Positions 1 to 10,460 are shown, numbered from the stretch's first letter. The stretch is 64,000 nucleotides of DNA from Alphaproteobacteria bacterium (GCA_050175015.1 JBFXJJ010000003.1:1-64000), one strand, 5' to 3'. Translations and numbers: made by a program. Notes: generated from the letters alone by a model not told the origin.

Positions 1-1531
1 TGTTGCCACCCAAATCACTCCAATCTTCATAAGCTTTATAAAAGTCTAATAGTGAAAAAAACCATTTATCGGGATAATTTACAAAAAGCTCATCTCTAGA
101 CATTAATATTTTTATAAAGCCTATATCAAAAGCATCTTGCACGAGAATTGGCATATCCTCATCAGGATATAGTTTTTTGTATGCTGTGTTTAAGATGTCA
201 ACGTCTGTTATTCCTTCAACAAATAATATTGGTTTTATAGAAGTGCGAATAACATTGTTTATCAAGAGTTTGCTTTCATCTTCTGAATATTGAATTATGC
301 TGTTTGACAGTTCATTTATAATTTCTTTTTTTGTTTTTCTTTCGCAAACAACATCAGAGTTTTTAATAGTAAATAGGTTTATATTTTTTTCTTCTACGTT
401 ACAAAGCGTTGAAGCACTATGGCTACACATTAAGATATGATTATTTTTTGTTGCGGTTTTTGAAATGTCAAAAACTTGTTTTAAAAAATCAAATTGCCAT
501 TCTGGGTGCAAAAAGGCATCTGGTTCATCAAGAAGGGTTATACAGTTGCGGTCTTTGAAAATTTCTGCAATTGAATAAATATAAACAGATTGAAACTGTC
601 CGTCACTGAAATGTGGGATAATTTCATCAGGAATACCATTAGCATCATTATATAATAGATTAATGTCTTCTAGCATTCCGATAGTTTCTAAATTGTCAAG
701 CTGTCGGAAAAAGTCTTGAGCGGAATAATCTGAAAATTTTTCTCTAATTTTTGCTATATCATAATAATTTATATATTTGTCATCGACTGGCAAAAGACCT
801 TCTGCTCTGGCAGGACTTGAGCCATCTATCGATAAGCACTCCTCTAAGAGGTCAAGAAAGGCTTTTGTGTTTCCTTCTGCTTTCCAATAAGCGGTGCTTT
901 CATCAAATCTATCAACATTATACACATCTTTTTTTGTTGCATAGTCTGGTCGTTTTAAGGTTAAGCGTATTTCCTTTGCTTCTTTTACAATCCCTAATCG
1001 GTTGCAAACATAATTTTTTGCGGGGTTATTAGGTGGTAGAAGTAACAAAACAGAAAGTAACAACCTTTTGTTTTCAGCTCCAACCCCTATTAGTTTACGA
1101 CTTTCTTCAAAGTCAGCTTTTTTTATTTTTGATTTAAAATCTATCTTATAATTTTCAATAAGTTCTGTTACGGCTTCGTTATGCCCAGAATAATAAATTA
1201 TCAGATTGTCGGGTAAAGGTGTTTCCCCCATTTTCTTGCGGTCTTTACCATCTATTTTTAGTTCATACTCTTCTTTTTTGTTCTTTTCCCATGATATATT
1301 TATGCTTTTTCTGTCAATGTCGTAGATTAGTTTATAGTTAAAATTAGGATTGGCGGTTTCTTCTGTATCTTCGTATAAGTGGTGAAAGATTTTTATAATT
1401 GCTTCAAAAAGGTTTGATTTGCCAGAACCATTTTTGCCGACAAAAACATCAAGGAAGCTATCGCTTTCAAAATTTAGCTCAAAATTTTTGAGGTTTTTAT
1501 AATCGCTTATGTAAACATATTTTAAACGCAT
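1..1531 (-). CDS. ABC-type (AAA_15/21-like) ATPase with C-terminal TOPRIM-like domain, OLD-like; runs off the window edge
   Basis: Manual translation from ATG 1531 (missing from the ORF track): MRLKYVYISDYKNL, Walker A GKNGSGKS, signature FSDGQ, Walker B LLDEPDAFLHP, H-loop SHS, TOPRIM-like FVEGITD. Starts 8 bp after the hsdS stop. Confidence 0.8.
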   Translation of the reverse strand, partial: MRLKYVYISDYKNLKNFELNFESDSFLDVFVGKNGSGKSNLFEAIIKIFHHLYEDTEETANPNFNYKLIYDIDRKSINISWEKNKKEEYELKIDGKDRKKMGETPLPDNLIIYYSGHNEAVTELIENYKIDFKSKIKKADFEESRKLIGVGAENKRLLLSVLLLLPPNNPAKNYVCNRLGIVKEAKEIRLTLKRPDYATKKDVYNVDRFDESTAYWKAEGNTKAFLDLLEECLSIDGSSPARAEGLLPVDDKYINYYDIAKIREKFSDYSAQDFFRQLDNLETIGMLEDINLLYNDANGIPDEIIPHFSDGQFQSVYIYSIAEIFKDRNCITLLDEPDAFLHPEWQFDFLKQVFDISKTATKNNHILMCSHSASTLCNVEEKNINLFTIKNSDVVCERKTKKEIINELSNSIIQYSEDESKLLINNVIRTSIKPILFVEGITDVDILNTAYKKLYPDEDMPILVQDAFDIGFIKILMSRDELFVNYPDKWFFSLLDFYKAYEDWSDLGGN

Positions 1532-1539
1532 AATATCCC

Positions 1540-3231
1540 CTATATTTTAGCCATTATGGTGTTGAGGAGGGTTGATTTTTGGTTGGTAGAAAGATTGATT
1601 TGTTTTTCAAGCTCGTCACAACGAGCCATAAGCTCATCAACTTTGGCAACTATCCGCTTTTGCTCTTCTAGGGGAGGAAGTGGTATTAGAAAATTATTAA
1701 TTAAATCCATTGAAATATTATCATTTGTAGAATTCTTAGATTTTTTTATAATTGCTTGTATTGCAGGCGATAATATAGCAATGTTTACAAAAAAAGACTT
1801 TATCGTTTGGTAAACTTTTATAGTCGCAACTCGTTGATTTGATACTAGTATTTCACTTACATTTTTTACATGATAGCTCTTGCCAACAGTTCCTCCAGTC
1901 ATTGCTATTATTATGTTATTTTTTTCAATTAAATATTGCGATAAACTTTTATTGTATTCATATCTAACAATCTTATCATCTTTAAAGCCAGTTTCATCAA
2001 AATCAGAAATTCTTATAACCCGAACCCCTTTATTAGTGTAAAGGTTACTTTTAAAAGCAAAACCACCATTGATATTTGAAATTTCTCCTAGCCTTACCCA
2101 TTGCCAGTTTTTGGGGATTTGGTAGGGGATTTCGTCAGGTTTGATTTCGGGCAATGGTTTTGGTTTTTTGATTTTGCCTTCTTTGATTAGTTTTTGTTTT
2201 TCGGCTTCAATTTCTTTTAACAGTTCTTTTGCTGGTTTATCGTTTTCGTCTTGCGGAACAAGTTTGCCCTGCATGGCAAGTTGCAAAATTGCTTTGCGGA
2301 GTTCGGCAACATTTTCATTAACGCTATAAAGCTCATCAAAATTTTTGCTAATAAAATGCCAAGATTTTTTGAAATCACCCTCTTTGTTTAAAAGATGATA
2401 AATTGCGTAAGCGTGAACATTTAGTCTTTTTTCTTCTAACGCTTGTTTTTGCTTTTCAAGTTCATCACAACGAGCCATAAGTTCATCAACTTTGGCAACA
2501 ATCCGCCTTTGCTCTTCTAGTGGTGGAAGTGGTATTGGTTGATTAACAATAGTTGATGTATTTAACTCAATTTGATTAGTAGTTCCTGAAGCATTTTTCT
2601 CTATGTTAGACTGTATTACTGGACTCATTAGAAACATCAACAAAAAGTAATTTGAGATGTTTATTGGGCGGACAATGGTTACATGAGAATCTGCTACAAC
2701 ATATTTGAACTCATTTAATTCATCATTGTAAATATTAATTCTGCCAATTGTTCCTGTGCCAGTTGAATTCCAAAGCAAATCACCTGTTTTAATAAACCGT
2801 TCATCTTGGTATTTATCTAACGATTTTGGGTCAATAAATCTAACTACATTTTTATCAAAACCGCTCCATTGAATGCTTTTTTGTGAAATTATGGGTATTT
2901 GTTCTATTTCTGAATAAACAGGACTTTTTCCTCTTTGGATATATTTTGCAACATCTCTCAGTCTTACCCATTGCCAGTTTTTGGGGATTTGGTAGGGGAT
3001 TTCGTCAGGTTTGATTTCGGGCAATGGTTTTGGTTTTTTGATTTTGCCTTCTTTAATTAGTTTTTGTTTTTCGGCTTCAATTTCTTTTAACAGTTCTTTT
3101 GCTGGTTTGTCGTTTTCATCTTGCGGAACAAGTTTGCCCTGCATCGCAAGAGCTAAAATAAGCTCTCTTAATTTTTTTATACCGTCAGGGGCATCAAAAG
3201 CGGTATCAAAATGTTTTTCTAACAAATCCAT
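1540..3231 (-). CDS. hsdS: Type I restriction-modification specificity subunit
   Basis: Two TRDs, repeated conserved regions IPKNWQWVRL and PLPPLEEQxRIVAKVDELM, in an hsdRMS operon. Confidence 0.95.
   Translation of the reverse strand: MDLLEKHFDTAFDAPDGIKKLRELILALAMQGKLVPQDENDKPAKELLKEIEAEKQKLIKEGKIKKPKPLPEIKPDEIPYQIPKNWQWVRLRDVAKYIQRGKSPVYSEIEQIPIISQKSIQWSGFDKNVVRFIDPKSLDKYQDERFIKTGDLLWNSTGTGTIGRINIYNDELNEFKYVVADSHVTIVRPINISNYFLLMFLMSPVIQSNIEKNASGTTNQIELNTSTIVNQPIPLPPLEEQRRIVAKVDELMARCDELEKQKQALEEKRLNVHAYAIYHLLNKEGDFKKSWHFISKNFDELYSVNENVAELRKAILQLAMQGKLVPQDENDKPAKELLKEIEAEKQKLIKEGKIKKPKPLPEIKPDEIPYQIPKNWQWVRLGEISNINGGFAFKSNLYTNKGVRVIRISDFDETGFKDDKIVRYEYNKSLSQYLIEKNNIIIAMTGGTVGKSYHVKNVSEILVSNQRVATIKVYQTIKSFFVNIAILSPAIQAIIKKSKNSTNDNISMDLINNFLIPLPPLEEQKRIVAKVDELMARCDELEKQINLSTNQKSTLLNTIMAKI
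2093..3150. repeat. About 185-bp near-identical direct repeat inside hsdS (2093-2280 vs 2963-3150); second looser pair at ~1604-1687 vs ~2453-2536
   Basis: Direct sequence comparison; offset 870 bp with only a few mismatches. Confidence 0.9.
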
Positions 3232-4680
3232 TTAGTTTGCCCCTAGTACTTTTATCAGTTCATTTTTTAGGGCATCTCTGGTTGCTTGAAGCGAGCTTGC
3301 TATTTTATGATATTCTTGCATCAGTTCTTCAGGGTCTAAAATTTTTTCAACTTCTTGATGAGGGTTTTTAATATCAAGATTATAGTTTTTATCTTTAATT
3401 TCTTTTGCAGAAACTTTCCAAGCATGTTCATTGGTTTTGCGGTTGTTCCACCAGTTTTTTTCTAAATCAAATTCTTCAATGGTTAGAGGCTTGCTCCTTG
3501 AATAAGACTTATACCCTTCTGGATAGGGGTGTTCAAAAAACCAAATGTCCTTAGTTTTATCGCCTTTTTCAAAAAATAATAAATTGGTGTTTATGCTTGT
3601 ATAGGGGCTAAAAACACCTTTAGGCAATCTTACAATCGTATGAAGGTTAAATTCTTCTAACAATTCTCTTTTAATGGTAGTTTTTACGCCTTCGCCAAAC
3701 AAAAAGCCATCTGGTAAAACTAATGCTCCCCTGCCTGTATCGTGTTTTAAAAGATACATGATAAGTGCTAAAAATAAATCGGCGGTTTCCCTTGTTTGAT
3801 ATTTTTTAGGAAAATTCTTTTCTATGCCGTCTTCTTCCATTCCACCAAAGGGCGGATTGGTTATAACAATATCAACTCTATCTTTGGGACTGTAATCTTT
3901 TAATGGTCGGCTGAGTGTGTTGTCGTGCCTAATGTTGGTTGGAATATCAATGCCGTGTAACATCATATTAGTCATTGCCAGCATATGAGGAAGGGGCTTT
4001 TTTTCTACGCCGTAAATTGTATCTTGCAGTATTTTTGAATCTTCGGCGGTTTTGGTTTGTTTTTTTAGATGCTCAATAGCACAAATTAAAAAACCACCCG
4101 TTCCGCAAGCTGGGTCTAAAATGGTTTCGCCAAGTTTGGGGTTAATTATGTCAACCATAAATTGGGTTACGGCTCTTGGGGTGTAATATTCGCCTGCGTT
4201 GCCTGCGGATTGTAAGTCTGCCAAGATTTTTTCATAAATATCGTTAAATAAATGGCGGTCTTTTGAAGAATTAAAATCAACATCGTCTTCAATGGTGTTT
4301 ATTACTTGCCTTAGCAGTGTGCCTGATTTCATGTAGTTATAGGCATCTTCAAAAACTGAGCCGACAATTCTGCCATGAGGGGAAATGCCTGCTTGGGTTG
4401 CCAGTTTTTTAAAGGCTGGGAAAAGGTCATTGTTTACAAAATCAATCAGCTCTTCGCCTGTTATGCCCTCTGAATCTTTTGCCCAATTAGACCAGCGGAA
4501 ACGACTTTGCAAAGGTGATTTATAATTAGGGATTGTAACTTGCCATTCTTGCTCTTTGTCATCAAAAATCTTTAAAAACAAAAGCCAAACTATCTGGCTA
4601 ATTCTTTGTGCATCGCCATCAACGCCCGTGTCTTTTCGCATTATGTCTTGAATGACTTTTATTAAAGTTGAAATTGGCAT
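3232..4680 (-). CDS. hsdM: Type I RM N6-adenine methyltransferase
   Basis: GEYYTPR, DPACGTGGFL and NPPF motifs. Confidence 0.97.
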   Translation of the reverse strand: MPISTLIKVIQDIMRKDTGVDGDAQRISQIVWLLFLKIFDDKEQEWQVTIPNYKSPLQSRFRWSNWAKDSEGITGEELIDFVNNDLFPAFKKLATQAGISPHGRIVGSVFEDAYNYMKSGTLLRQVINTIEDDVDFNSSKDRHLFNDIYEKILADLQSAGNAGEYYTPRAVTQFMVDIINPKLGETILDPACGTGGFLICAIEHLKKQTKTAEDSKILQDTIYGVEKKPLPHMLAMTNMMLHGIDIPTNIRHDNTLSRPLKDYSPKDRVDIVITNPPFGGMEEDGIEKNFPKKYQTRETADLFLALIMYLLKHDTGRGALVLPDGFLFGEGVKTTIKRELLEEFNLHTIVRLPKGVFSPYTSINTNLLFFEKGDKTKDIWFFEHPYPEGYKSYSRSKPLTIEEFDLEKNWWNNRKTNEHAWKVSAKEIKDKNYNLDIKNPHQEVEKILDPEELMQEYHKIASSLQATRDALKNELIKVLGAN

Positions 4681-4696
4681 TTTTGTTTCCTAGTTT

Positions 4697-7066
4697 TTAA
4701 GCACTATAAAGTTGTTGCTCTAATTCTTGTATCGCTTTTTGATATTCTTCCATTCCGCCAAAAGCTCTGATTATTTCAATCGGTGTGCCTAACTTGTTAA
4801 GAGGCGATATGGTTAAAATCTGGGTTTCTTCGATATGAATAATTCCTTCATCAGAATATTTATCAAGCAAGGCTTCTAATACCTTTCTTGCTTTTTCACC
4901 ATATTTAGTAAAGTAGTTGCGTTTTTTGACGTTTTCAGCCCTTTCTTTGCGTGATAATGGAGGCATATCCCAAGCTATATGGCAAATTAAATCAAAAGGG
5001 TCAAAATCTTTGCCGACTTCTTCAGCCAAAGCGTCAAGAAAAATCCCATGTTTGTTTAGTTCTTCAATAACTGCTTTCTTTTTATCGGTTGATTTCCAGC
5101 ATTTTAAAAAATCATCTAATGAGGTAAATTCTTTTTCTAAAGCTTTTTTGGTGTAGTCTTTTAGAGATTCTGTAATTAGCTTGCCGTTAGTATCAAAATA
5201 TTGAATACGTTCAGAAGCAACCTTAACTGCAACATTATCAACGATATAACGCTTAATTTTTGTTGGTTCTTCATTTGCCCAGTCGTTACCCTCTTCTGGT
5301 ATCCATTCATCAGGGTTTTGAGGTGTTGTTGTTGGGTTTTGTTCTTCAGTTTCGTCATCTGGCGGAACTGGTGAATCTTCTGGTCTTGGCGTATAAATCT
5401 GCACAGGGTCGCCATCAAAATCAGGGTCGGCAAAAAGCTCAGTTGCTTTTTTAAAATCTATAATCGTGAAATAATATTTACCGTAATCCTCATTTATCCT
5501 AGTGCCTCTGCCGATAATCTGCTTAAACTCCGTCATTGATTGAATGTTTTGGTCAAGAACAATTAATTTGCAGGTTTGAGCATCAACCCCTGTTGACATT
5601 AGTTTTGAAGTGGTTGCAATTACAGGGTATTTTGATTCAGGGAAAATAAAGTTATCAAGCTCAGCTTTACCTTCGTCATTATCGCCAGTAATTCGCATAA
5701 CATATTTTGAATTTTGTTTTACTAAATCGGCATTTTCATTAACAAGGGCTTGTCTGGTTCGTTCTGCGTGGTCAATGTTTTCACAAAAAACAATGGTTTT
5801 ATCAAAACGATTAGTTTCTTTTAAATATTCTGAGATTTTTTTAGCAACAAGTTCAGTCCTTTTTTCTAAAACCAGCGTTTTATCATAGTCTTTTTGATTG
5901 TAAATGCGGTCTTCAATCTCATTGCCGTTTTTATCAAGCATACCTTTTTCTGGTCGCCAACCTGATAAGTCTTTATCTATATCAATTCTAACAACCTTAT
6001 AAGGGGCTAAAAAGCCGTCATCAATGCCTTGCTTTAGCGAATAGATATAAGTAGGTTCGCCAAAGTAATCAATGTTTGAAACTTCTCTGGTTTCTTTTGG
6101 AGTTGCTGTTAAACCAATTTGCGTTGCTGAAGAAAAATATTCTAAAATCTCTCGCCATGCAGAATCTTCTGCTGCACTTCCTCTGTGACATTCATCAATA
6201 ATAATTAAATCAAAAAAGTTAGGACTAAATTGTTTGTAAATGTTTCGTTCTTCTTCATTGCCTGTTACCGCCTGATATAGCGACAAATAAATTTCATAAG
6301 ATTTGTTGACTTGCCGTTTTGAAATTTTAGTCATAGCAGAGCCAAATGGCTTAAAATCATTAGTCATAGTTTGATCAATGAGGATATTGCGGTCTGCTAA
6401 AAACAAAATACGTTTTTTTGTTTTGGATTTCCACAATCGCCAAATAATTTGAAATGCCGTAAAGGTTTTGCCTGTTCCTGTTGCCATAACTAGCAAAATG
6501 CGGTCTTTGCCTTTGGCAATAGCTTCAATAGTTTTGTTAATGGCCAAAAGCTGATAATAACGAGGGGTTTTATCTGTGCCATCGCTATAATAATCTTGGG
6601 TAACAATATTTTCTTCCTGCTCGGATAAGCCCTTGTGTTCTGCCCATAATTTCCAAAGCTCTTCAGGTGATGGAAAAGCATCAAGGCTGATTTCTTTTTC
6701 TATCTTGCCGTCTTTTGCAATTTTGTTATGAAATAAAAAGCCTTCGCCATTAGAGCTAAAGGCAAAAGGAACATCTAGCATTTCGGTATAGTTTATTGCT
6801 TGTTGCATTCCGTCTGCGATTGTGTGGTTGTTGTCTTTGGCTTCAACTATGGCAATTGGAATATTTGGTTTATAAAACAAAACGTAATCGGCTCTTTTGT
6901 TTTCGCCTCTTGTATGAAGTTTGCCCCTAACAATTACTCTGCCTTTTGTGAGTGAAAACTCTTCTCGAATCTGGGTGGTAATGTTCCAGCCTGAGTTCTC
7001 TAAAGCTGGAGTTATAAACTTTGTGCAAATGTCTCTTTCGCTTAGTTTGCTCTTATCCATTACCAA
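4697..7066 (-). CDS. hsdR: Type I restriction endonuclease R subunit (EcoAI-like)
   Basis: SERDICTKFITP N-terminus, ADYVL..VEAK nuclease motif, MATGTGKT, DECH, QIIGRGTR. Confidence 0.97.
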   Translation of the reverse strand: MVMDKSKLSERDICTKFITPALENSGWNITTQIREEFSLTKGRVIVRGKLHTRGENKRADYVLFYKPNIPIAIVEAKDNNHTIADGMQQAINYTEMLDVPFAFSSNGEGFLFHNKIAKDGKIEKEISLDAFPSPEELWKLWAEHKGLSEQEENIVTQDYYSDGTDKTPRYYQLLAINKTIEAIAKGKDRILLVMATGTGKTFTAFQIIWRLWKSKTKKRILFLADRNILIDQTMTNDFKPFGSAMTKISKRQVNKSYEIYLSLYQAVTGNEEERNIYKQFSPNFFDLIIIDECHRGSAAEDSAWREILEYFSSATQIGLTATPKETREVSNIDYFGEPTYIYSLKQGIDDGFLAPYKVVRIDIDKDLSGWRPEKGMLDKNGNEIEDRIYNQKDYDKTLVLEKRTELVAKKISEYLKETNRFDKTIVFCENIDHAERTRQALVNENADLVKQNSKYVMRITGDNDEGKAELDNFIFPESKYPVIATTSKLMSTGVDAQTCKLIVLDQNIQSMTEFKQIIGRGTRINEDYGKYYFTIIDFKKATELFADPDFDGDPVQIYTPRPEDSPVPPDDETEEQNPTTTPQNPDEWIPEEGNDWANEEPTKIKRYIVDNVAVKVASERIQYFDTNGKLITESLKDYTKKALEKEFTSLDDFLKCWKSTDKKKAVIEELNKHGIFLDALAEEVGKDFDPFDLICHIAWDMPPLSRKERAENVKKRNYFTKYGEKARKVLEALLDKYSDEGIIHIEETQILTISPLNKLGTPIEIIRAFGGMEEYQKAIQELEQQLYSA

Positions 7067-7301
7067 TTATACCGTTTTGCAAAATCAAAGATGTTTTAAA
7101 ATATACCTAATTTTTAATAGCATAAACCGTTTGTGATTTCTATTTATAATGTCTGGTTGTGGGTTAATATCGTTGGAGGTATAGGCATTTTTCTTAAATT
7201 TTATGCCATATATAAACTTTTGGTATGACTGTGGGTGTGTTTTTAAGAAGTTTTTAGTTTTAGCTATTGTTTTTTCTTGAATTTTAAGCTATAAATAAAC
7301 T

Positions 7302-8066
7302 ATGGGTATATTAAAAGATAAAAAATTAAGAAGTGTTATGCAAAACTGGCAATCAGGATTTGTTGCTACAACATACTGGTTTAAAAGCTTATCTGTGTCT
7401 CCTCAACTAGTTCAAAAATACATAAAAAGCGGGTGGATAGAAGCTATCGGCAGGGGAGCTTATAAAAAGCCTAAAGATACGATAAATTGGTATGGCGGGC
7501 TTGCGTGTATTCAGCAACAGCTTAATGTTCATTTAGGTGGGGCGACCGCTCTTAGCATAAGGGGCAATTCTCACTATGTTCGTTTTGGTAAAGAAAAAGT
7601 GTTTTTGTTCTCTGATATAAACCAAAAACTTCCAAAATGGTTTTTAGATTATGACTGGGGCAATCCCATAGAGGTTATAAAAACTTCTTTTTTGCCTCAA
7701 AATCTTGCCATAAATCCCTATGAATTTAATAGTTTTAGTATTGAGGCATCTTCTCCTGAAAGAGCAATATTGGAATGCTTATATCTAAGTCCTGATCATT
7801 TTGATTTGCTAGAATGTTATCAAATATTAGAAGGTTTGAACAATTTAAGACCAGATGTTTTGCAGGATTTGTTAATCGGGTGCAATTCTATAAAGGTAAA
7901 AAGGTTGTTTCTTTATATGGCAAAAAAAGCAAAATTGCCTGTTTTAGAATATATCGATTTAGATAAAATAGATTTAGGCTCTGGAAAAAGATATTTAACC
8001 AAAAAAAGTGTTTATGAAAAAGAATTTAAAATAAGCATACCAAAGGAACTTGTTGATTATGTTTGA
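7302..8066 (+). CDS. abiEi: Type IV toxin-antitoxin antitoxin, AbiEi family
   Basis: N-terminal wHTH-like region (GWIEAIGRGAY), SSPERAILE, SIKVKRLFLYMA, IDLGSGKR; overlaps the abiEii start. Confidence 0.88.
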   Translation: MGILKDKKLRSVMQNWQSGFVATTYWFKSLSVSPQLVQKYIKSGWIEAIGRGAYKKPKDTINWYGGLACIQQQLNVHLGGATALSIRGNSHYVRFGKEKVFLFSDINQKLPKWFLDYDWGNPIEVIKTSFLPQNLAINPYEFNSFSIEASSPERAILECLYLSPDHFDLLECYQILEGLNNLRPDVLQDLLIGCNSIKVKRLFLYMAKKAKLPVLEYIDLDKIDLGSGKRYLTKKSVYEKEFKISIPKELVDYV

Positions 8067-8961
8067 AGTTTATAAAGAAAAAGTTGCTCTTTTGCTCAAA
8101 GTTTTGCCTCTTGTTGCAAAGGAAGAATGTTTTGCTATTCACGGAGGGACTGCGATTAATCTTTTTGTTAGAGATATGCCAAGACTATCGGTTGATATTG
8201 ATTTGACTTATGTTTTTATTGAAGATAGGGAAACAACGCTTAAAAAAATTGATGAGACTTTGCAAAGAATTAAATCAAGCATAGAAAAGTCAATTAAAAA
8301 CAGCAGAGTAACTTATAAAGATAATGTTGGAAAACTGCTTATTTACCTTGGCAATGCCGATATTAAAATTGAGGTTAATCTGGTTAATCGTGGACTTTTA
8401 TCGGAAGCATTGAAAATGCCTTTATGCAAAAAGGCTCAATCTAATTTTGAAGCATTTGCAGTTATGCCTGTTGTATCAATAGGACAACTTTATGGGGGCA
8501 AAATTTGTGCGGCGTTGGATAGGCAACACCCAAGAGACTTATTTGATATTAAATATCTTTTAGAAAATGAGGGCTTTTCTGAGGATATTAAAAAAGGTTT
8601 TTTGTTCAACCTCTTGTGTAGCGATAGACCGATTAACGAAGTGATTTTTCCTAACTTTCAGGATCAAAAGCAAACAATGGATAACAAATTTGTTGGTATG
8701 AGTGAAGATGCTTTTTCTTATGATGATTTTGAAGCAACCAGAGAAAAGCTTGTAAAAACTATCAATACAAATTTAACTGATTATGATAAGGCTTTTTTGC
8801 TTAACTTTAACAGCTTAATGCCCGATTGGTCGGTTTATGATTTTGCAAAATTCCCTGCTATTAAGTGGAAGCTTTTGAATCTTGAAAAACTTAAAAACCA
8901 ATACCTTGAAAAATACAATTTGCAAAATGAAGCATTGAAAAAAGCTCTTCTTGATAAATGA
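8059..8961 (+). CDS. abiEii: Type IV TA toxin, AbiEii nucleotidyltransferase
   Basis: HGGTAINLF..PRLSVDIDL and GKICAALDRQHPRDLFD motifs; ATG at 8059 preferred. Confidence 0.92.
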   Translation: MFEVYKEKVALLLKVLPLVAKEECFAIHGGTAINLFVRDMPRLSVDIDLTYVFIEDRETTLKKIDETLQRIKSSIEKSIKNSRVTYKDNVGKLLIYLGNADIKIEVNLVNRGLLSEALKMPLCKKAQSNFEAFAVMPVVSIGQLYGGKICAALDRQHPRDLFDIKYLLENEGFSEDIKKGFLFNLLCSDRPINEVIFPNFQDQKQTMDNKFVGMSEDAFSYDDFEATREKLVKTINTNLTDYDKAFLLNFNSLMPDWSVYDFAKFPAIKWKLLNLEKLKNQYLEKYNLQNEALKKALLDK

Positions 8962-9505
8962 TGTTATATGTTCTTTAGGTGTTAAAATATGACACCTAGC
9001 GGACGTATAAAACTTTCTTATTTTCAAACTCGTTGAGCAATGGAATTGCGAATAAGAATATCCCCATTTAATGGGCAGGAGAAAAGTGATATTACTTTTC
9101 ATGTCCTGCCTTCTTAACCTAATTAGAAACAAGTGCAAACATTGAGAAAGAGGTGGAATAATTGATAAATTTTGCGGAAGATGTGCAAAGCCTTTGTTTG
9201 CGTGGGTTTGCGTTGGTTCTGTTGTTCAAAAATTGAGAAAGAACAGGACATTTTGAGACAGAATAACAAAAATTGAAAAACTTTTAGAAACTCCTAAACC
9301 CTCTTAAACTAGCAGATAAAATATGATAATTTTTGAGTAAAGCCTTGTTTTTCAAGGGGTTTAGAGCATTAAAAACATTTTCCGAAAGTGAAAACTTGCG
9401 GAATAAAAGGCTAAAAAATGAGGAATCTTAGGGAAACAAGCGGAAAGCATTTGTTTTCAAGCATTAAGCCTGTTTTTCCAGAAGAGACGCTCTGGTTGAT
9501 AAAAT

Positions 9506-9976
9506 TCAACAGTTCTTTATTTTTGAGATTTTGGTTCTAAATGAGCAAATCATATTTAAAAGGGCTTCACTTTTTTCTTTATCAATTGCAAAAGTAGATG
9601 TTTCAAAAGTTCCCCCTGTTGCTTTTTTATCTATCTCATTCCAGTCGTTTTGTAGTTCGGATACAAGGCTTGTTTTTATATGTTTATTTCCTAGTGCTGT
9701 TATATTATCTCTGACCTTTTTTATTTCGCTTTTTAGTGTGTTGCCACAGTTAATACGTTCATCTTTCTTTAAATTCTCACTCCAATATTTGCAAGCATTA
9801 CGTACGCATGAATCACAACACATCAATAATTCCGAAGTAAGATAATTAAAATTATTATTATTTTTATTTTTTTGAAAATAACAGTAGCTAACAACAGTGT
9901 TTATCACAAAAATAAATAGGTTTGCTATAATGCTATACCAAGCTATATCTAATTTATTTGACACATTATACCCCAC
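9506..9976 (-). CDS. Hypothetical protein with N-terminal TM helix; last gene of the HATPase-STAS module
   Basis: 156 aa ORF with a hydrophobic N-terminus; overlaps the STAS gene stop. Confidence 0.7.
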   Translation of the reverse strand: MGYNVSNKLDIAWYSIIANLFIFVINTVVSYCYFQKNKNNNNFNYLTSELLMCCDSCVRNACKYWSENLKKDERINCGNTLKSEIKKVRDNITALGNKHIKTSLVSELQNDWNEIDKKATGGTFETSTFAIDKEKSEALLNMICSFRTKISKIKNC

Positions 9977-10289
9977 TTGCTTCTTTTATATAACTCCAGA
10001 TAAGATCGCAAATAGAGTTATCTTTGCAGGTCAGTTTTAATTTCTGTTTTATTTCTTCATATTTCATTTGGTTAACAAGAATCAATCCAGCAAAAGCTTC
10101 ATCCCAAAAAGATGAGCCAACCCCTTCTAAATCATCAAGATTAATTTCTAGCTCTATTATATTTTTATCTTTGAGATTTGGGGTTAAAAAGTTGTTTCTA
10201 AATTTTTCTCCATTAAAAATTCCATCACTTTCATAACGACCTGCTGGTTCTGGCGAAAAATCCTGAGCTATTGATATTGTTTTTTTCAT
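9966..10289 (-). CDS. STAS-like (DUF4325-type) protein
   Basis: IAQDFS.EPAGRY..DG.FNGEKFR..L and INLDDLEGVGSSFWDEAFAGL (phosphoacceptor-like SS). Confidence 0.85.
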   Translation of the reverse strand: MKKTISIAQDFSPEPAGRYESDGIFNGEKFRNNFLTPNLKDKNIIELEINLDDLEGVGSSFWDEAFAGLILVNQMKYEEIKQKLKLTCKDNSICDLIWSYIKEASGV

Positions 10290-10307
10290 ATTTTTTCTTT
10301 TTCTCCT

Positions 10308-10460
10308 CTAAATTGGAACTTGCCATTGGATATATGTCCCATTAATTTCCTTTTCATTGTTTTTAACAAATTCCCCTTTATTTTTGTAAACATATTGCCC
10401 TTTCAAGCTATAAATTTGTAATTCTGCACCTAGTTTGTTAACTTTATTTATATAATTTTT
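10308..10460 (-). pseudogene. 3' fragment of the HATPase gene split by IS1595
   Basis: Reads KNYINKVNKLGAELQIYSLKGQYVY...INGTYIQWQVPI*, in frame with 12591-13483 once the IS and one TSD copy are removed. Confidence 0.88.

Noticed and set aside
751-7136. Short plus-strand ORFs, including the duplicated MISGNGFGF ORFs
   Set aside because: Shadow frames of the ATPase and hsd genes; the duplication reflects the hsdS repeat.
7200-7300. AbiEi operator inverted repeats
   Set aside because: Only weak AT-rich symmetry that cannot be told apart from background.
8815-9138. 107-aa minus-strand ORF
   Set aside because: Overlaps abiEii antisense, with no RBS or recognisable motif.
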